In this document: in pieces, positions 59,741 through 64,000 of the stretch | Layout: each line of letters begins with the position of its first letter | Numbering within the stretch: the stretch's first letter is position 1 | Position numbers and translations under genes: made by a program | The notes under the pieces: model-generated | Told to the model about the DNA's origin: nothing | Seen by the model: the letters and a program-made list of their open reading frames with translations, nothing else | The model's database searches: none | NCBI GenBank assembly: GCA_965262915.1 | Contig: OZ253564.1 | Location: forward strand, 4,050,909 to 4,114,908 | DNA: 64,000 nt | Reading direction: 5' to 3' | Source of the DNA: Candidatus Spongiisociaceae bacterium | GTDB taxonomy: Bacteria > Actinomycetota > Acidimicrobiia > Spongiisociales > Spongiisociaceae

Positions 59741-60976
59741 ATGAACCCCATCGACCTACCGTCATCTCCGCCGGGAAAAGGAGATGGCGAACAGCCACCG
59801 GCGAACCGGGACGGCTCGCTTCGTCGGGGTAGCTCCATCGGGATAGCGCTCGCCTCCGCCCTGCTGGCCGCCGCAACCACCACCTGCATGCTCTGGCTGG
59901 CCGGGGCCTTCGACCTCAAGGTGATCCGGATCACCGAGATCGTCGAGAGGACGGAGGTCGTCCAGGTGCCGGCGTCGGTGGCGCCGCCCCCGCACCTAGA
60001 GGAGGCACCCTCACCACCGCTCCCCGAACCTCCCCCCGAAACCACGGTCCCGCTCTTCGCCCCCACCAACCTGGTAGCCGTCGTAGCCACCCGTGCCATC
60101 CCCTCAATCGTCACCGTCCAGACCTTCGACGAGGAGTTCGGACGTCTCGCATCCGGGAGCGGGGTGATCATCAGCCCGGACGGATTCATCGTCACGAACG
60201 ACCACGTGGTGGAGGACGCGGACACCCTCAAAATCGTGATGTCCGACGGGCTGAGCTATCCGGCCGAGTTGGTGGGCACGGACCCGCTCATGGACATCGC
60301 GGTCCTCAAGGTGGAAGCCCGGCAACTGGTGGCGATCGAGTTCGCCTCCATGGAAGGCGTGCAGACCGGAGAACCCGCCATCGCGGTGGGAAACCCGCTC
60401 GGTCTCGACGGTGGCCCATCGGTCACCGCCGGAGTCATCTCGGCATTCAACCGGACCCTGGTCACCGACTTCGTCACCGGCCAGAGCCTGTACGGGCTCC
60501 TGCAGACCGACGCGCCGATCACCCGAGGCTCCAGTGGGGGGGCCCTCCTGGATGTTCACGGCCGGCTGCTCGGAATCACCACCGCCATCGGGCTCAGCGA
60601 CGTGGGGGCCGAGGGTCTCGGTTTCGCGGTTCCCGTCAACCTGGTCGAAGGAATCGTCAACGATCTCATGGCCGAGGGCGAGGTTCGCCATGCCTTCCTG
60701 GGTATCAGGGGCAGTTCGGCCTTCACCGAGCGGGAGGACGGCGCCGAGTCCCCGCTCGGAGTGGAGATAATCCTCCTGGACGACTCGGCCATCGGGGACG
60801 CCGGAGCCGAGGACGGGGACGTGATAGTGGCCTTGGACGGCCGGCCCGTGAGGTCGATGCCGCTACTGGTAGCCCGGCTGAGAAGCTACCGAGCCGGGGA
60901 CCCGGTCAAGGTGACAATGGACCGCGCCGGGCGGACCGTCGAGATCGACATGGTGCTCGACCAGTATCCCTCGTGA
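59741..60976 (+). CDS. HtrA/DegP-like trypsin-family serine protease with PDZ domain
   Basis: TM anchor; catalytic H (TNDHVV), D, S (GSSGGAL); C-terminal PDZ; start moved to Met 59741 to avoid moaE overlap. Confidence 0.9.
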   Translation: MNPIDLPSSPPGKGDGEQPPANRDGSLRRGSSIGIALASALLAAATTTCMLWLAGAFDLKVIRITEIVERTEVVQVPASVAPPPHLEEAPSPPLPEPPPETTVPLFAPTNLVAVVATRAIPSIVTVQTFDEEFGRLASGSGVIISPDGFIVTNDHVVEDADTLKIVMSDGLSYPAELVGTDPLMDIAVLKVEARQLVAIEFASMEGVQTGEPAIAVGNPLGLDGGPSVTAGVISAFNRTLVTDFVTGQSLYGLLQTDAPITRGSSGGALLDVHGRLLGITTAIGLSDVGAEGLGFAVPVNLVEGIVNDLMAEGEVRHAFLGIRGSSAFTEREDGAESPLGVEIILLDDSAIGDAGAEDGDVIVALDGRPVRSMPLLVARLRSYRAGDPVKVTMDRAGRTVEIDMVLDQYPS

Positions 60977-61029
60977 TGCTCTCCGGCCGGGCGTCGGATA
61001 GGCTGACCCCAACCTGAGGGGACTCCACC

Positions 61030-62112
61030 ATGCCGGACCGCAACCTTCTCGACGAGTTGATGAAGCTCCTGAACCAACCGGGCCCCGTCAACTGGGCATT
61101 GGCCGGCCAAGTGGCCGGCCATCTGGCCGGATCGGCCCAGCCGATCGACCCGTGGCTGGCGGACGAGTACCGCGAGCTGACCCGGCTCGCCCAGCACCAG
61201 ATCCCCAGAACGACCGGCCTCCCATCCGATCCGATGATCGAAGCGGTGCTAGTGGATCGAGCCGGATGGACCGAGCATCACCTCCGGTCCTTCCACTACC
61301 TGGTGGACCCTCTGGCAGCGAAACTGACCGCCGGGCCGGGCACGGGTCCCCTGGATGCCATCCTCAGGCAGTTGGGACCCGCGCTGGTGGGGATGCAGAT
61401 GGGCGCCATGGTGGGCATGATGAGCGAGGGCGTTCTCGGGATGTTCGATGCCGGTCTGCCGGGGTCACGGACGGGACTTACCCTCCTGGTACCCAACATC
61501 GAGACCTTCTCAGCGGAGCACGGACTCGATCCCCGTCAGGTCAGGTTGTGGGCGGCGCTGCACGAAGTAGCCCATGGGGCGCTGATCGGCCGCTCCTGGG
61601 TGCGACCTCATGTACAGGAGCTGTTCGACGATCTGATCGGCTCGATGGATCTGGAGATGATGGCGGACTGGCAGGAGGATCTGACAGACCCCGCCAAGCT
61701 CGAGGCGAGGCTCGCCCAAGGCGGTGGTTTCGGTGGCCTGTTCGGCGGCTCCGTCGAGGACGATCGCCGAGAAGCCATCCGGACGTTGATGACGATGCTG
61801 GAAGGATACGGCTCGTATCTCGTGGACCGGGCCGCTGCGGGGCTGTTGCCGGATATCCGGTCGGTCCGGGCCGCAATGTCCTCTCGCCAAAAGGGCCACC
61901 TAACGGGCCTCGGGAGCCTGTTCGAGATAGAGACCGCAGCCGGCGAGTACGGACGGGGTGGCGCCTTCTGCGCCGAGGTGGGGGAACGGTGGGGCTACCC
62001 GGCGGTCCAGCGAGTGTGGGAGCGGGAGGAGAACCTCCCATCGTCCCGGGAGATGGACGACGTGACAGGATGGGCGGCTCGCGTGCTGCTGGAAGACCCC
62101 TTCGGCCAGTGA
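61030..62112 (+). CDS. Zinc-dependent metalloprotease, DUF2342-type (HEVAH motif)
   Basis: HExxH motif ALHEVAHGAL; 360 aa. Confidence 0.7.
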   Translation: MPDRNLLDELMKLLNQPGPVNWALAGQVAGHLAGSAQPIDPWLADEYRELTRLAQHQIPRTTGLPSDPMIEAVLVDRAGWTEHHLRSFHYLVDPLAAKLTAGPGTGPLDAILRQLGPALVGMQMGAMVGMMSEGVLGMFDAGLPGSRTGLTLLVPNIETFSAEHGLDPRQVRLWAALHEVAHGALIGRSWVRPHVQELFDDLIGSMDLEMMADWQEDLTDPAKLEARLAQGGGFGGLFGGSVEDDRREAIRTLMTMLEGYGSYLVDRAAAGLLPDIRSVRAAMSSRQKGHLTGLGSLFEIETAAGEYGRGGAFCAEVGERWGYPAVQRVWEREENLPSSREMDDVTGWAARVLLEDPFGQ

Positions 62113-62158
62113 ACGCACCCGCCCGGAAGGGATCGCAGGTGCGACTCGAAGACTAGTG

Positions 62159-62399
62159 GTCTGTCTGCAGAATGGTGGTGTGGCATACGCCGGCAGCGGC
62201 GTTCCTCGCAAGGCCCACCGACGAAGGCGTACCCGCAGCGGTACGTAGAGGAGGCGGAACGCAGCGAGGGGCGTCGATGGCAAGCAGGGCACGCCGAATC
62301 ATTTTGCAGGGAGACCACCCAACGTCTGTCTGCAGAATGGTGGTGTGGCATGCGCCAGCAGCGGCGTTCCTCGCAAGGCCCGCCGACGAAGGCGTACCG
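62159..62399 (+). repeat. Two copies (62159-62234 and 62324-62399) of a 76-bp element, about 92% identical, each followed by a short hairpin; period 165 bp
   Basis: gtctgtctgcagaatggtggtgtggcat(a/g)cgcc(g/a)gcagcggcgttcctcgcaaggccc(a/g)ccgacgaaggcgtacc read in both copies. Confidence 0.85.
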
Positions 62400-62467
62400 C
62401 CGCGGTTACATCAAGGGCACGCAGGGCGCGGCGAGTTGTTTTGCAGCCTGACCACTAGGAGGGTGCT

Positions 62468-62495
62468 GAAACACGAAACACGAAACACGAAACAC
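62468..62495 (+). repeat. Heptamer microsatellite (GAAACAC)4
   Basis: Read directly. Confidence 0.9.
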
Positions 62496-62610
62496 GGTGA
62501 TAGCGGTTGGCCCTCCGTCCGCTGACCTGGCATTCTGGCATCGACCGTCAGACCAACGGGAGGTTTCTCGACACCCTCCTAAGTCCTCGGCCGAAGAGAA
62601 CGTCCTGGTT

Positions 62611-62832
62611 TCAGGTCTCCGTACTGGTGGTCGTGGTCGCCTGGGCGGTGGCCGTCACCTGACCGGTGGAACCGTCCGCCTTGTCTCCGGTCCGGCCCTC
62701 CTCGACTCCCTTGCGGAACTCGCGGGCCGAACTGCCCAGTGAACGGGCCAACTCGGGAAGCTTCTTGGCTCCGAAGAGCATGATCACAACTACGAGAATG
62801 ATGATTATCTCGCCGCCGCCGATCTTAGGCAT
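62611..62832 (-). CDS. tatA: Twin-arginine translocase subunit TatA/E
   Basis: MPKIGGGEIIIILVVVIMLFGAKKLPELARSLGSSAREFRKGV; 73 aa. Confidence 0.9.
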   Translation of the reverse strand: MPKIGGGEIIIILVVVIMLFGAKKLPELARSLGSSAREFRKGVEEGRTGDKADGSTGQVTATAQATTTTSTET

Positions 62833-62928
62833 CAGTCGTCCTCCCTTCCTCGCAGGTCGGATGATACCACCACTGCCGACGTTCCGACCACAAGATTCCG
62901 CGACCGGCCGTGATGACCGTTTCCCGGG

Positions 62929-63999
62929 TCACACGCCCGACCAGGTCTCCCAGGCGGCGATGGCCTCCTCAATCTCGTCGATGGTGGCACCCAGCTTCTC
63001 GGCCGCCATCTCGATCACCTCGTCCTCGGACGGCGGATCGTCGGAATCGACGAGGGTCTCACGGTAATCCGTGTAAGCCCAGTACAACCCCACCTGGGCG
63101 TCGGTGGGAAGCAAGGACCAGTCCTTCTCGATCGTGCGGTCTACGGTCTCGTGCTGCGAATAGTCGCCCTTCTCCACCTCCCCGGCCCTGGTCCAGTCAC
63201 CGAACGGGGCGCGGATCCATGTACCGAGGGTGGCGATTCCCTCCGGGAAATGGACGAAGTCGATGAGGAGAGCCTGGTATTCCTGGGCCACCTGGTATTC
63301 GAATTCCAGCCGCTCCCCGATCTGGGCCAACTCGGACTTAGTAGCGCCTGCGTCAACCCGAACGGTCAGCCAGGTCCTCACGGCGCCCTGGGAAGTGGCA
63401 TCCACGTCGGACAGGACTCGGTAACCGACATCGGGTTGCGGCGGAACCGTCGACGGCTGGGTCGTGTCGGGGGCCTCGGTCGTGGTGGTGGTCTCGGCCT
63501 CGGTCGTGGTGGTCGTGTCGGCCTCGGTCGTGGTGGTCGTGTCGGCCTCGGTCGTGGGGGTTGTGGTGGCCCGAGCTGTCGTGGTGGTCGCAGCCGTCGT
63601 ACTGGTGGTGGCCGTCGTGGTAGTACTTCGCTGCGAGAATCCGCCGCCCACGCCGATGATCTCCACGATCCGGTCGATCGCGTCGTTGAAGCGGTCGTAG
63701 GCTACGAGAAACTCCGCGAACGCGGCACGGCGCCGTTCTCCGGTGTCGGGCGAGCGCAAGCCTGCCAGGGCCTCCACGGCCGCATCCGCCATCTCGCCGG
63801 CCGCAACCCAGGCGGTCTGGTGTTCCACCGGCAGCCCCCGCTGCGGCGGAGGCTCGATGAATCCCCAGTCATCGCGCAGATTCCGCGCCCTGTTCGCCAC
63901 ATCCTCCAACGCCACTTCGGTGTCCCCGTAGGTGGGTGAATTCGCAATCTCCCGCCGGTTGTCCCAGTCGTTGTTGGCCTTCCTCATGTCCACCACCAA
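62929..63999 (-). CDS. Hypothetical protein with Thr-rich repeat linker; N-terminus beyond window end
   Basis: ORF open to window edge; (EADTTTTT)n from 24-bp tandem repeats at 63472-63567. Confidence 0.55.
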   Translation of the reverse strand: MVVDMRKANNDWDNRREIANSPTYGDTEVALEDVANRARNLRDDWGFIEPPPQRGLPVEHQTAWVAAGEMADAAVEALAGLRSPDTGERRRAAFAEFLVAYDRFNDAIDRIVEIIGVGGGFSQRSTTTTATTSTTAATTTTARATTTPTTEADTTTTTEADTTTTTEAETTTTTEAPDTTQPSTVPPQPDVGYRVLSDVDATSQGAVRTWLTVRVDAGATKSELAQIGERLEFEYQVAQEYQALLIDFVHFPEGIATLGTWIRAPFGDWTRAGEVEKGDYSQHETVDRTIEKDWSLLPTDAQVGLYWAYTDYRETLVDSDDPPSEDEVIEMAAEKLGATIDEIEEAIAAWETWSGV

Positions 64000-64000
64000 C

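Noticed and set aside
62159-62400. Tandem glycine riboswitch or ZTP riboswitch identity for the duplicated 76-bp elements
   Set aside because: Some resemblance (ccgacgaagg) but the conserved GGAGAG / CACCGAAGGGGCAA cores and ZTP pseudoknot motifs are not present; location between convergent gene ends is wrong for a 5-prime UTR riboswitch.
1-64000. tRNA, rRNA and CRISPR arrays
   Set aside because: No tRNA-like T-arm or acceptor signatures noticed; no spaced direct repeats of CRISPR type. The only tandem repeats are coding mini-satellites, heptamer microsatellites, the 76-bp pair and the deaminase triplication.

Overview
This is a 64-kb chromosomal window of a high-GC (about 68%) actinobacterium-like genome. 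It is gene-dense and contains no rRNA, tRNA or CRISPR. The first cluster holds a Nudix/NrtR-like regulator divergent from a vWA-domain protein, an XRE-cupin regulator with an amidohydrolase, a single-chain MNT-HEPN protein, a GcvT-family aminomethyltransferase, a Rieske oxygenase, and a LysR regulator divergent from isocitrate lyase. There are two paralogous three-subunit molybdenum-hydroxylase (CoxM/S/L-type) clusters. The first cluster has a disrupted FAD subunit and is followed further on by CoxD/CoxE-like MoxR/vWA genes. The second is intact and lies next to a hydantoinase and an N-carbamoylase-like C-N hydrolase. The accessory content includes a tandem triplication of a TadA-like nucleoside deaminase (one copy standalone, two fused in frame). 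Five toxin-antitoxin-like modules are present: TacAT-like GNAT, VapBC, BrnT-like, MNT-HEPN, and an AbiE-like HTH plus nucleotidyltransferase pair on a low-GC islet with an operator palindrome. An IS1380-family element with 19-bp terminal inverted repeats carries a peculiar 200-bp G/T-only tract and apparently splits a DivIVA-like gene. Several low-GC islets are present, one of them carrying a repeat-rich DUF4352 lipoprotein gene at about 46-55% GC. There are several gene remnants (LivM permease fragment, ppsA C-terminal fragment) and frameshifted genes (SLH-DUF1524-Excalibur surface nuclease, CoxM copy 1, a repeat protein at 6.3-7.6 kb). A convergent intergenic region holds a duplicated structured ~76-bp element plus a heptamer microsatellite. 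Housekeeping genes include thiolase, flotillin/NfeD, a class III aminotransferase, UPF0182, a YlbL-like protease, BioY, MoaE, HtrA, a DUF2342-type metalloprotease and TatA. I derived start coordinates that differ from the ORF track by frame arithmetic; they may be off by a codon choice.
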